This document shows positions 1 to 9,817 of a stretch of 64,000 bases of DNA, piece after piece. Below the pieces are notes generated by a model. That model had not been told where the DNA came from and did no database searches. It worked only from the letters and a program-made list of their open reading frames with translations. The stretch's first letter is position 1; each line of letters starts with the position of its first letter. The position numbers and the translations under genes were made by a program. Origin of the DNA: Syntrophales bacterium (GTDB lineage: Bacteria > Desulfobacterota > Syntrophia > Syntrophales > UBA2210); NCBI GenBank assembly GCA_963662405.2, contig CAXXKT010000001.1, forward strand, positions 2,336,001-2,400,000. The letters run 5' to 3'.

Positions 1-107
1 TAATATCGCTGCCGGAAATATAATCCCGGTTACAATATAGGTTTTTTTCTTTTCTTCGGGAAGGAAGTTAATTGTTACCCGAAGTTTGCTGCGATAGGAG
101 ATTATTT

Positions 108-1466
108 ATGTTAGAAAAATATTATCCTTATGAAGAAGACCTTCCTATATCAAAATTACGTGTTGATGTAAAAAACCCGAGAATTCCAGAACAACAAGAT
201 AGTCAAATAGAATCTTTTCATTTGATGGCTAAAGTTCAGGAAGAAAAACTTATTGCCCTAGCAAAACATATTATCCAATATGGCTTAAATCCAGCTGAAA
301 AGTTCATTGTCATACCTGACGATGAAGATCAATACATCGTTCTCGATGGTAATAGACGCTTAACTACTTTACGAATATTAGAAACTCCAGAAATTGTCCA
401 AGGCCATCTGAAAGCTGATTACTCGCGGCAGCTAAAAAGACTGTCAGAAAAATATCTTAAGGATCCACTAATGGATGTACCTTGTCTTATTTTTCAGGAT
501 AGGGAGCAAGCGGATCCATGGATTGAGCTAATTCACGATGGCGAGAGTGGTGGCGCTGGACTTGTTAAATGGAGTGCGCAGCAGCGAAGTCGCTTCCAAT
601 CTAGAAAGGGTAAGAAGGCTTTACATCTCCAGGCTCTGGACTTTGTAATTGAAAATGGTGAATTAGAACCTGAAACAAAGACAAAGCTTGATCTTGGGAA
701 ATATCCCGCAAGTACTTTACAGCGGGTAATTGGGACCCCGTATGTTCGCGATAAACTAGGGATTGCTTCCGTAGATGGAGAACTTCGCACACACTTTCCT
801 AAAAAAGAACTACTAAAGGGTCTTACAAAACTCGTAGATGATATTGGCACTGGGAGGAAAAAAGTTGATGATTTCATGACACAAAAAAAGCGCATCGATT
901 ATATCAATGCACTTACTCCCGACGAGCTTCCAGATCCAATTTTTTTTAGCGATGAATTGATAGCTCTTGCAGATGCTCCTGAAAATGGGACCTTTGATAG
1001 TGAGAATGATAGAGAGAAGAAAAGCGATCGTTCTCACAGCTCCAGAAGAAAAAAGTTAATTCCCTCAAATCTTCACTTAAATATTACAGAAGTGAGATTA
1101 AATGATATCTATATTGAATTAAAAAGGCGCTTAATCATAGAAGAACATACAAACGCTATTGCTGTTTTGATACGTGCATTTTTGGAAATGAGTGTAGATG
1201 GATATATCGAGAGGAATAATATCACTATTAATGGAAAAGATACTCTGCAAAATAAAATAATGGCTACTTCAGACTATATGGAAAATAATAATATCCTAAA
1301 AAAGAATGACTTGAAACCCATAAGAAGAGCTGCCTCTAAGGAAACAGACGCAAGCTCGGCTACGTCTTTACACGGATATGTGCATAATCGTCGTATACGT
1401 CCTTTGCAAGACGATTTAAGGGCTACTTGGGATACACTGCAAATATTCTTTGAAAAGATTTGGTAA
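108..1466 (+). CDS. ParB/Srx-like N-terminal domain protein with HEPN-like C-terminus (PD-lambda-5 A-like defence protein)
   Basis: N-terminal NPR...YIVLDGNRR ParB-like motif; C-terminal AVLIRAFLE...LHGYVHN HEPN-like region. AGGAG RBS precedes ATG 108, so the start is later than the ORF track's 72. Confidence 0.7.
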   Translation: MLEKYYPYEEDLPISKLRVDVKNPRIPEQQDSQIESFHLMAKVQEEKLIALAKHIIQYGLNPAEKFIVIPDDEDQYIVLDGNRRLTTLRILETPEIVQGHLKADYSRQLKRLSEKYLKDPLMDVPCLIFQDREQADPWIELIHDGESGGAGLVKWSAQQRSRFQSRKGKKALHLQALDFVIENGELEPETKTKLDLGKYPASTLQRVIGTPYVRDKLGIASVDGELRTHFPKKELLKGLTKLVDDIGTGRKKVDDFMTQKKRIDYINALTPDELPDPIFFSDELIALADAPENGTFDSENDREKKSDRSHSSRRKKLIPSNLHLNITEVRLNDIYIELKRRLIIEEHTNAIAVLIRAFLEMSVDGYIERNNITINGKDTLQNKIMATSDYMENNNILKKNDLKPIRRAASKETDASSATSLHGYVHNRRIRPLQDDLRATWDTLQIFFEKIW

Positions 1467-1496
1467 ATATCTTTTTAAAAATTTTAAAATGGATGT

Positions 1497-2390
1497 ATGT
1501 TTATGTCGCATTTTCATTCTCCTTTACGATACCCGGGTGGTAAAAGAAAATTATCCAATTTTATTAAGCTAATTTTGAAAGAGAATAAACTCCTTGATGG
1601 TTACTATATTGAACCATATGCAGGTGGTTCAGCTGTTGCTTTATCCCTATTATTCAATGAATACGTCAGAAAAATCTATATCAACGACATTGATAAAAGT
1701 ATTTTTACCTTTTGGCATAACGTTTTAAATAATACGGATGCTTTATGTCAAAAGATTAAAGATACTGTAGTTTCTGTTGAAGAATGGAAACGACAAAAAA
1801 ATGTACAAAGCTCGGCAAATCCTGATCCGTTGGAATTAGCTTTTTCTACCTTCTTTTTGAACCGTACTAATCGATCTGGTATCATCTCTGGTGGTGTAAT
1901 TGGTGGGATAAACCAACAAGGCCGTTGGAAACTAGACGCGCGGTTTAATAAAAATGATCTTATAAAGAGAATCGAAAAGATTGGCAGATTTAAAGATAGA
2001 ATTGTTCTGTCAAATTATGATGCCGAATTTCTCTTGGAAAAAATATTGCCAAATTTGAATCAGCCATCTCTGATATATTTTGATCCACCATATTACGTTA
2101 AAGGAAAAGAAGCGTTGTATACTAATTTTTATATGGAATCAGATCATGCCCGTCTTGCTAATCGGATATGCAAGCTTACCTATCCTTGGATTATATCATA
2201 TGATAATGTAAAACCAATATTCAGTCTTTATAATCGATTTAGACATATTACTTACAGGTTAAATTATAGTGCTCAAAGTAGATATACTGGCAAGGAAATA
2301 ATGTTTTTTTCAGATAACCTAACTATACCAGAATTACCCGATCCAACAAGAATTAGCTCCAGGATATTTCAAGAAATTTATGCAGCATAA
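1497..2390 (+). CDS. D12-class (Dam-family) N6-adenine DNA methyltransferase
   Basis: SPLRYPGGK, EPYAGG (motif I) and FDPPYY (motif IV); 30 bp downstream of the previous gene. Confidence 0.92.
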   Translation: MFMSHFHSPLRYPGGKRKLSNFIKLILKENKLLDGYYIEPYAGGSAVALSLLFNEYVRKIYINDIDKSIFTFWHNVLNNTDALCQKIKDTVVSVEEWKRQKNVQSSANPDPLELAFSTFFLNRTNRSGIISGGVIGGINQQGRWKLDARFNKNDLIKRIEKIGRFKDRIVLSNYDAEFLLEKILPNLNQPSLIYFDPPYYVKGKEALYTNFYMESDHARLANRICKLTYPWIISYDNVKPIFSLYNRFRHITYRLNYSAQSRYTGKEIMFFSDNLTIPELPDPTRISSRIFQEIYAA

Positions 2391-2725
2391 ACAAGTGAAC
2401 ATGTAACCCACCAGCGTGGACGGGGATTTCGGAGGCTAAGTTTGTTATTCCCTATGTTTAGAAAATTTGGTGAGTAAATCGTTAAAACCTCATTCTCACA
2501 AAGAGGAATAGGATTTTCGTATTTTGTGGAGGGAGGTATGATTACCATTTATCCAATGTCTCACCCAGTTGGCTTTTGATCTTCATTGCCACGAAATGCT
2601 CAATGGTCGAAGCTCGATTGTATTAGATTTGTCGATGGAATTTCTTATTTTCCTGTTTTATCAATTGAAGCACGATTGTACGAAATTTCGGAAAATACCA
2701 AGTAAGAATATTACTTATTAGGGAC

Positions 2726-4012
2726 GTGGAAGTGACTGACCGAGACAGGCGTATCTCAGATCAACTCGTAAGACTTGTCCAGATCGTGTTTGGTCTGGTA
2801 GTTGCGCAAAGTTTTCTGCTTCACCGAGATATTGTTTTGCACCCAGTTTCACCGAAGAACTTTCTCTCAGCCTTGGCCTTAGCCACTGTCTACATCACGA
2901 CTGTGCTTAGCTGGATCGATTGGCACGTCACCATGGAGCTTCGACCCTACAACTTCAATCCCAGAAATCACTATCGCATGACTGAACAGTTTCGCCTTGG
3001 ACTGGACCTTCTTGTTGTTACAGTCTATGCGTATTTACTCCTTGCTGTAGGCGATCTCAAGCCTTCACCATTGTCCACTACTACCCCACAAGAGGTATCA
3101 AACGGTGGAGTAGCTTCTTTTCTTATGGGATTCCCCGTTCTCTTCGTAACTTATCTACTTTCCGGACTCGCTCGACGGCGTGCTCACGGTCGGCTCGCGA
3201 CCAATCCCTTACCTATCCTTGTCTTCGGCTTGGCATACATAGCATTATTGATCGCTTATTATTTTCTGCGCCCTGCACTTGGTGCAGGGTTCGCCATGTG
3301 GATCGACTTCGGTGCCATTCTAACAGCTTTTGTCCTGATGCTCGCCTACCGTCTGACAAGACGCTGGCTGGTCAAAAAGCGGTCCCAGCAAAAGAAAGCT
3401 GGTCTCGTTGTGGGAATTGATGTCGATGGGGTACTTGCCGATCAAATTTACGGTGTGCTGCCACGTGTTGAAACGCGCCTTGGAATACGGCTCAGCTATG
3501 AAGATGTGACAGAGTGGAGACTTCCGTTAGGCAACTCCGATATTGCCAAGGAGATCTCAATAGCTCTCGAAGATCAGGAGTATGTCTTGGATATGCCCCT
3601 TCACAAGGACGCTCGTAACGTCGTCGATGCACTATACGTGAACAACCGTGTCGTGATGCTAACGGGTCGGTCACCTGTCACAAAAGCGTGGACAAACCAA
3701 TGGCTACAAAACGCAGCGTTTACCTTTGACGGGCTGATCACAGCCGAGGAGGAGAAGAAAAGTTTATATCGTTCGGATGTCTTAATTGACGACTATATTG
3801 GGAATATTCGAGAGTATCTCGAGAAAACGCATGGCGTAGCGATTCTTGTTGATCAACCTTGGAACCGAAGGGAAAGATCTGAACTCCAAGCTTGGATTGA
3901 TGCTGGGAGGCTCCACATCGTTGTCCAGCTTCGCGATGTCCTCCCAATTGTAAGGGAACTTCGCTTGAAACGAGAGAATGAGCAAAGAAGACCACAAAAT
4001 CAACATCCATAA
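2726..4012 (+). CDS. About six TM helices fused to a C-terminal HAD-family 5'(3')-deoxyribonucleotidase (NT5C-like) domain
   Basis: Six hydrophobic segments in aa ~14-210, then GIDVDGVLAD (HAD motif I), LTGR (II), K (III) and LIDD (IV). Confidence 0.8.
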   Translation: MEVTDRDRRISDQLVRLVQIVFGLVVAQSFLLHRDIVLHPVSPKNFLSALALATVYITTVLSWIDWHVTMELRPYNFNPRNHYRMTEQFRLGLDLLVVTVYAYLLLAVGDLKPSPLSTTTPQEVSNGGVASFLMGFPVLFVTYLLSGLARRRAHGRLATNPLPILVFGLAYIALLIAYYFLRPALGAGFAMWIDFGAILTAFVLMLAYRLTRRWLVKKRSQQKKAGLVVGIDVDGVLADQIYGVLPRVETRLGIRLSYEDVTEWRLPLGNSDIAKEISIALEDQEYVLDMPLHKDARNVVDALYVNNRVVMLTGRSPVTKAWTNQWLQNAAFTFDGLITAEEEKKSLYRSDVLIDDYIGNIREYLEKTHGVAILVDQPWNRRERSELQAWIDAGRLHIVVQLRDVLPIVRELRLKRENEQRRPQNQHP

Positions 4013-4028
4013 CTTGAAAGATAACTGA

Positions 4029-4625
4029 TTAATTTATTAAGTCGAGTTTTGCGGCTAGTAGTTTTATAGTATCTTTAGACCCGTGCTGTGCGCGAATGTA
4101 AAAAATTGTCGCAGCATCAGCTATCTCGTCGATCAGTAAAATGCGCTTGTATTTCATTGTGTTTTTTATATCAGCGTGACCGGCCAGATACTGGACCCGC
4201 CGAATAGGTATCCCTGCCTCGAGCAAATGCGTTATATAAGTGTGCCGGAGCGAGTGCAAGTTTATTGCCTCTCGGCAGCTTCGCCTTGGTTTGCAGTGTG
4301 AGGAAGGCTACGCTATGACCATTCGGGAGCAGTAAGGGCTCGTCCTCAGAGCCAAAAAAGTACCTTGCTTTTCTCTCAAGGAAGAGTTGCAAGAGACCGA
4401 CCAAATTCGTGTTGATCCCTACGATACGAAACTTTCCGCTTTTCGCTGAGAATTTGTTGGCGGCCGACGGCTGTATAGTAATAGTTCTCTTTTCTAGACC
4501 CACATCTTCAGTTTTCAGATAGACCCGTTCGCCACTGCGCATCCCCGTATAAAGATAGGTAGGCCATGATGAGGGGATATGCCTCCCCTCCGAAATGGCT
4601 GGTATTCTCCAGGGCGGTTTTAATA
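4029..4625 (-). pseudogene. Frameshifted 3' remnant of a tyrosine integrase closely related to 10635-11777
   Basis: HSLRHTYITHLL...VQYLAGHADIK and SGKFRIVGIN are split over frames; the DNA aligns with ~10680-11155 with small insertions near 4265 and 4555; no N-terminus. Confidence 0.9.
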
Positions 4626-4747
4626 CCAGCGAGAATTCCCCGTTGAATCTAACAACTCATTCAAGGCGACAGCTAATACAGAGGTGGTCCGGTTTCTTTG
4701 GACAGGTAACAGGGATTTATAAGTGGGAAGTTGCCCTGGGTTTGTGT

Positions 4748-5578
4748 TCATGCCGCAGCCTGTCCCTGTGGTAGTGATTCAAAATAAACCATAGCCGGTG
4801 TCTTTCTGTCAAAAGTATTGTGCCACCGTTTCTCGTTGTAGAACTGAAAATAGTCGGTAAGCCCCTTCTTCAACTCTTTCATTGAACCGTATGCCTTCAG
4901 ATAGATATCTTCGTACTTGACGCTCTTCCAGAGCCGTTCGATGAAGACATTGTCCATCCATCGCCCCTGACCGTCCATGCTGATAGAGATATCATGAGAG
5001 CGAAGGACATCGATGAATGCCTGTGAGGTAAACTGACTGCCCTGATCGGTATTGAAGATAGCCGGGCGCCCATACGTGGTGAGTGCTTCTTCAAGCGCAT
5101 CCACACAAAACGCACTGTCCAACGTATTCGACAACCGCCAGGAGAGGACCATCCGACTCGCCCAGTCCATAACGGCTACCAGATAACAGAACCCTCGTTC
5201 CATGGGAATATACGTGATATCGGCAGACCATACGTGGTTGGGACGGATGATATCAAGTCCCCGTAACAGATACGGATATATCGGGTGCTGGGGATGCTTT
5301 ATCGATAATCTCGGCTTGATGTACAACGCCTCGATCCCCATGCGACGCATCAACCGACGTACCTTATCACGTCCGATATCATACCCTCTCTGCCACAGCT
5401 CATTGCGAATCTTCCGACTCCCATAGAAGGGATACTGAAGATGAATCTCATCAATCTGACGCATCAGCTCCAGATCCTTCGCGCTGACCGGAACCGGAGA
5501 GTAATAAACACTCGATCGGGACAGCTCCAAGAGTTCGCATTGACGGGTTATGGGCACACTCTTTTCTCTCTTGATCAT
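4748..5578 (-). CDS. IS3 transposase OrfB (rve DDE)
   Basis: WSADITY, NTDQGSQF, DNVFIERLW. Confidence 0.95.
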   Translation of the reverse strand: MIKREKSVPITRQCELLELSRSSVYYSPVPVSAKDLELMRQIDEIHLQYPFYGSRKIRNELWQRGYDIGRDKVRRLMRRMGIEALYIKPRLSIKHPQHPIYPYLLRGLDIIRPNHVWSADITYIPMERGFCYLVAVMDWASRMVLSWRLSNTLDSAFCVDALEEALTTYGRPAIFNTDQGSQFTSQAFIDVLRSHDISISMDGQGRWMDNVFIERLWKSVKYEDIYLKAYGSMKELKKGLTDYFQFYNEKRWHNTFDRKTPAMVYFESLPQGQAAA

Positions 5579-5877
5579 CGCTTTGCGCTCGTTCCGTTGA
5601 TGCGACCGAGCGCATGTGATAAAAAATCATTCTCCATCGATAACTGTCCGATCTTGGCGTGAAGTTCTTTTACATCCGGACCCTGGTTGTCCTTATGACC
5701 CTTGCCAAATACGTCCGATGCGTGATCCATCAACTGCTTCTTCCATGTGGTGATCTGGTTCGGGTGTACCTGATACCGCTCGGCAAGCTCAACGATCGTC
5801 TGGTCCCCTTTCAGTGCCTCCAATGCCACCTTCGCCTTGAAGGACGGTGCATGGTTCCTCCGCGGTCTCTTGCTCAT
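5575..5877 (-). CDS. IS3 transposase OrfA (HTH)
   Basis: MSKRPRRNHAPSFKAKVALEAL...HPNQITTWKKQ; ATGA overlap with OrfB. Confidence 0.92.
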   Translation of the reverse strand: MSKRPRRNHAPSFKAKVALEALKGDQTIVELAERYQVHPNQITTWKKQLMDHASDVFGKGHKDNQGPDVKELHAKIGQLSMENDFLSHALGRINGTSAKR

Positions 5878-6045
5878 ATCTCTTTCCTCCTTACGTCCAC
5901 TATAGAGCAACTTTCCCACTTATGCACCTGTCCAAATTTGCCCGACCAGCTCTTACTACGCCTGAATTCGATCGTTGGCCTAAAAAATGCTTGACCATTT
6001 CTGTTTTTGACGGCTATACTACGGCTATACATTAGGGGTGGTCAA

Positions 6046-6294
6046 ATGCTCGCAAAAATTCAGAAATGGGGAAATAGTCAAGGACTTCGTCTTTCAAAGA
6101 ATCTGCTGACAGATATTCAACTGGAAGTCGGTGATGAGGTTGATATCAGTGTAAAAAGCGGAATGATGATTGTCAAACCTGCAAAAATGATCCGTGGCAA
6201 GCATAATCTTAAGGATCTTGTTGCACGCATTCCTAAAAATTACCGAACCGGTGAATTGGACTGGGGTAAGCCGGTTGGTAAGGAGGTCTGGTAA
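6046..6294 (+). CDS. mazE: MazE/AbrB-family antitoxin
   Basis: KIQKWGNSQGLR N-terminus and DWGKPVGKEVW C-terminus; ATG at 6046. Confidence 0.92.
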   Translation: MLAKIQKWGNSQGLRLSKNLLTDIQLEVGDEVDISVKSGMMIVKPAKMIRGKHNLKDLVARIPKNYRTGELDWGKPVGKEVW

Positions 6295-6630
6295 ATGGCT
6301 GCTTATGTCCCGAAACAAGGGGACATTATCACGATCACCTTTGATCCCCAATCCGGTCATGAGCAAAAAGGACGACGTCCTGCATTGGTTGTCAGTAAGG
6401 ATCTATTTAATCGAAGCACTGGATTGGCTATTGTATGCCCGATTACAAACACAAAGCGCGGCTTCCCCTTTCATGTCCCCATCCCTGAAAATAGCAAGCT
6501 CACCGGTTTCATTATGGTGGAACAAGTAAAATCGGTTGATTTCCGCACTCGTCGCGCTAAGCGAATTGAGCATAGTGACGACGAATTGCTTTCTGAAGTC
6601 TTGTCTATACTGGATGCCTGCATTTATTAG
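6295..6630 (+). CDS. mazF: MazF/PemK endoribonuclease toxin
   Basis: FDPQSGHEQKGRRPALVVS...CPIT; abuts mazE. Confidence 0.95.
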   Translation: MAAYVPKQGDIITITFDPQSGHEQKGRRPALVVSKDLFNRSTGLAIVCPITNTKRGFPFHVPIPENSKLTGFIMVEQVKSVDFRTRRAKRIEHSDDELLSEVLSILDACIY

Positions 6631-7023
6631 GTCGACCAAAAAATTATGCCGTAGCCGATAAGTGCCCAACCCCTCAATTTTATGTTATGAAAAGAAATGT
6701 ACAGTAAATTAGTCAAACGTGATTTTGTTGGTAGGAGGGAGAAATATCCTCACGAGCGACAATCATTTCAAACGTGACAGTGATGAAATACGTGTGTTTT
6801 GAGCATGGCAGGTGAAAGTCTCGACGAAAATTTCTTGACATGATACTATCATGAAGTTAATAGGTTAATGAAACATCTGTTTTATATCTGCTCGTGAATG
6901 ACTGTAAACACCGGGGGGATTATGGTCTGATCATCGAAGCCCTACTTCTCACGATGAGAGATAGGGCTTTTTCATGTACAGCTCCAACATTATCGGTTTA
7001 ACAAAGTTTTTTAGGAGGACAGT

Positions 7024-8331
7024 ATGCGGCAAAATACCACTGTTAATCTCGGAAATCTTGCTCTCTCTCTTTCTGATGCCATGGACCTGTCCAATCCAAT
7101 GTTGATACAGCATCAGCAAAGAACCGCATTTGTTGTATGGGAAATGGGAAAGGCTGTAAAACTTTCCAATGAAAGACTGGAAAACCTCTTCATCGCAGCA
7201 TTGCTTCACGACATTGGTGCTTTTTCGTTGGAAGAGAAGATCTCTCTTCGAAACTCCGAAATGGTAGACGTTGAGCCTCATTGCATCCGCGGAGAAATGC
7301 TCCTTTCTAATATACCGTGGTTGCAGGATGCCGCGAAAATAATCAGATTTCATCACAGCCAATATCAAGACTTGGAACAACCCATTGAAGAGCCATTTAT
7401 TTTGGATTCGCAGCTACTGGCTCTCGCCGACTATTTAGAACGTCAGGTGATACGGGGTAAATATATTCTTCACCAACATGAAGATATTATCTCGGAAATA
7501 AAATCCTTGTCAGGTTCTCTTTTCCATCCCATGGTCGTAGATCTTTTCCTGGCAGCTTCCAAACGTGAAGAATTTTGGTTAGATCTAGTGTCCCCGAGAT
7601 TGTATTCTCTGCTCCTGCGAAGGGGACCCTTCAGGAAAATAGAGGCAGGGCTCGATGATATTTCACTTCTATCCGAACTTTTTCGAAATATTATTGACTT
7701 TCGTTCTCGTTTTACAGCGACCCATTCCTCGGGTGTCGCTACTGCAGCTGCCATGTTGGCAGAAAAGTTTGGTATGACTGAGACAGAAAAAGAACTCATG
7801 AGAATAGCGGGGAACCTGCATGATATCGGTAAGCTGGCGGTACCCAACAGTATCCTCGAAAAACCCGGTAAACTGACAAAAGCTGAGATGAATGTCATGA
7901 AATCCCATACGTACTATACGTATTGGATTATTGACACCATAGGAGGCCTCCAACAAATTGCGGAATGGGCGGCATTTCATCATGAACGTTTCGATGGTTC
8001 AGGATACCCTTTTCACTGTACAGAGTCTGAGTTGAATACCGGAGCTCGGATAATGATGATAGCAGATATATTTACTGCTCTGACTGAAGACCGGCCATAC
8101 AGAAAGGCAATGTCTAAAAACGAAACTATTGATATCATCAAACGGTTTTCGGATCGCCGTCTTATGGATCCTGCAATAGCCGATTTACTCTTCGATAACT
8201 TTGAAGAGATTTCGCATTATGTCACTGAACAACAGATAATCGCAAAAGATTTTTATGAGAAGCAATCCTCCTTTCTCACTTTAAATAAAGCAATTACAAT
8301 ATGTTATCTCGAAAAAGATGGCAAGCATTAA
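7024..8331 (+). CDS. Tandem HD / HD-GYP domain protein (putative cyclic dinucleotide phosphodiesterase)
   Basis: LLHDIG in both halves; HHERFDGSGYP; ADIFTALTEDRPYR. Confidence 0.9.
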   Translation: MRQNTTVNLGNLALSLSDAMDLSNPMLIQHQQRTAFVVWEMGKAVKLSNERLENLFIAALLHDIGAFSLEEKISLRNSEMVDVEPHCIRGEMLLSNIPWLQDAAKIIRFHHSQYQDLEQPIEEPFILDSQLLALADYLERQVIRGKYILHQHEDIISEIKSLSGSLFHPMVVDLFLAASKREEFWLDLVSPRLYSLLLRRGPFRKIEAGLDDISLLSELFRNIIDFRSRFTATHSSGVATAAAMLAEKFGMTETEKELMRIAGNLHDIGKLAVPNSILEKPGKLTKAEMNVMKSHTYYTYWIIDTIGGLQQIAEWAAFHHERFDGSGYPFHCTESELNTGARIMMIADIFTALTEDRPYRKAMSKNETIDIIKRFSDRRLMDPAIADLLFDNFEEISHYVTEQQIIAKDFYEKQSSFLTLNKAITICYLEKDGKH

Positions 8332-8569
8332 AGAGCGTCCTCTATGTCGCAATTGGGGAAGTTTGTAAACGGCGGAATAAAATCTCTCTCATGTAATTGT
8401 TACTGATTCCGAAAAGGAATGTACAACAACTCTATTCGGTTTTATCTCCTCGATTTCAGAGAGAACAGCGCAGTAAAATACTTCTTTTGTCTCTCCTGCA
8501 GCAAAACTCTCATTTTTCTGCTTGCCCACAATTTTCAGCTTAAAAGTAAAATTAATTGCGTGAATCTGA

Positions 8570-9790
8570 TTATTGTGTTCCTTCCTTTTCTGTGTACCCT
8601 GGAACATTAGGAATATATATTTTAAATGTAGTCCCAGAATCTACAATACTATTAACATCAATAAGACCATGCAATTCTGTTATTATCTGAAAAACATTTG
8701 ACAAGCCTAATCCAGACCCTTTTGCTTTTGTTGTAAAAAAAGGTTGAAAAAGCTGAGGCAAAAATTCTGGAGGAATCCCTTTGCCATCGTCGGAAATTGA
8801 TATAACGATATATGAACCTTCCGTAATAGAAAAGCCGTAGGTATTGCTATATGTTTTTTCAAAAATGATATTTGAAGTAGTTAATTCGATATTTCCTCCT
8901 GATGATAGCGCGTCCTGTGCATTTAAGAATAAGTTTATGAAAGCATTCATTAATCGACTTTTAACACATAATATTTTTGGCTCAATCGCGTCGAGATGAC
9001 ATGAAAAAGATACGTTTGAATGCATCGACGAGCGAAGAAGGCTAATGGTATCTAAGTATAGTTCATGTACATTAACAATCTCAGCAGAAATGGGCACATT
9101 CGATGGTTTTGATATTGAGACGAGCGAAAAAAGCAGTTTAGTGCATTGATTGACAGCAGATAATATTTTTTTAAGATGATTGGGAGAATTCGAATCATGT
9201 TTTTTAGATGGATCATTATGACACTTAAGTAAGGCGAGTTCAGTGTGTCCCATTATTGTCCCGAGAAGATTGTTCGCATCGTGTGCAATGCCGGCAGAAA
9301 TTTGTCCTACCGTGGCCATTGTCTCAAGCGAAGCAATTTTGTCGGAAAATGGATCGAAATCATGTGAATCATTCTGCCGTTCCTTTGGGGCCTTGCAATA
9401 GCTGCTGGATGGAGCAGAGTAGAGGTCGTGATCTTGATTGCATAGAGCAGTAATCAGAAAAGAGGTATCAATGAGGCCTAATGGCTCTCCAGAATTATCC
9501 TTGACGACTATATGCCTGTCTCCCGCTTGCTGAAAAAGATTTGGGATGGTGGACAAGGTCTCATTGTCATTGATGAAAATGAAAGGGGAGCAAGGACAAT
9601 CCATGAGAAGGCGAGTGAGTGGATAACCAGATAAATTCCCACGGCAAATTGGACCCTTGAACACGTTGTCGTCGTAGAGCAATAGAGAAGTTGTATCGTT
9701 TTGTTGCATCAATTGGAGAGCATCTATAACGGCGCTGTCAGATTCAATGCGTGGGAGTTTCTTTATAGCAAGATCAACGGGTTTAGGCAT
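8570..9790 (-). CDS. CBS-pair sensor histidine kinase (soluble)
   Basis: N-terminal CBS-like pair; H-box IAHDANNLL, N-box NLFLNAQDA, DDGKGI, FQPFFTTK, GSGLGL. Confidence 0.85.
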   Translation of the reverse strand: MPKPVDLAIKKLPRIESDSAVIDALQLMQQNDTTSLLLYDDNVFKGPICRGNLSGYPLTRLLMDCPCSPFIFINDNETLSTIPNLFQQAGDRHIVVKDNSGEPLGLIDTSFLITALCNQDHDLYSAPSSSYCKAPKERQNDSHDFDPFSDKIASLETMATVGQISAGIAHDANNLLGTIMGHTELALLKCHNDPSKKHDSNSPNHLKKILSAVNQCTKLLFSLVSISKPSNVPISAEIVNVHELYLDTISLLRSSMHSNVSFSCHLDAIEPKILCVKSRLMNAFINLFLNAQDALSSGGNIELTTSNIIFEKTYSNTYGFSITEGSYIVISISDDGKGIPPEFLPQLFQPFFTTKAKGSGLGLSNVFQIITELHGLIDVNSIVDSGTTFKIYIPNVPGYTEKEGTQ

Positions 9791-9817
9791 ACATGTCTCC
9801 TATTTTACTACATGTTT

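Larger units (their letters stand above)
4680..5953 (-). mobile_element. IS3-family insertion sequence, copy 1 (1274 bp)
   Basis: Imperfect IRs AGAGGTGGTCCGGTTTCTTTGGACAGG / CCTGTCCAAATTTGCCCGACCAGCTCT; TAC target duplication at 4677-4679 and 5954-5956; near-identical copy at 47268. Confidence 0.93.
4647..5980 (+). other. Integron attC site (57 bp) interrupted by an IS3 element
   Basis: Removing the IS and one TAC copy gives ATCTAAC-AACTC-ATTCAAGGCG-ACAGCTAATACTA-CGCCTGAAT-TCGATC-GTTGGCC: R'', 5-bp spacer, L'' with an extra base, loop, L', 6-bp spacer, R'. Confidence 0.75.

Noticed and set aside
4000..4030. attC after the membrane-nucleotidase gene (CCATAAC at the stop)
   Set aside because: No L boxes or matching R' could be built.
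6792..6822. GTGTG...GCATGGCAGGTGAAAGTC resembling a group II intron 5' end
   Set aside because: Too short; no reverse transcriptase or domain V/VI was seen.
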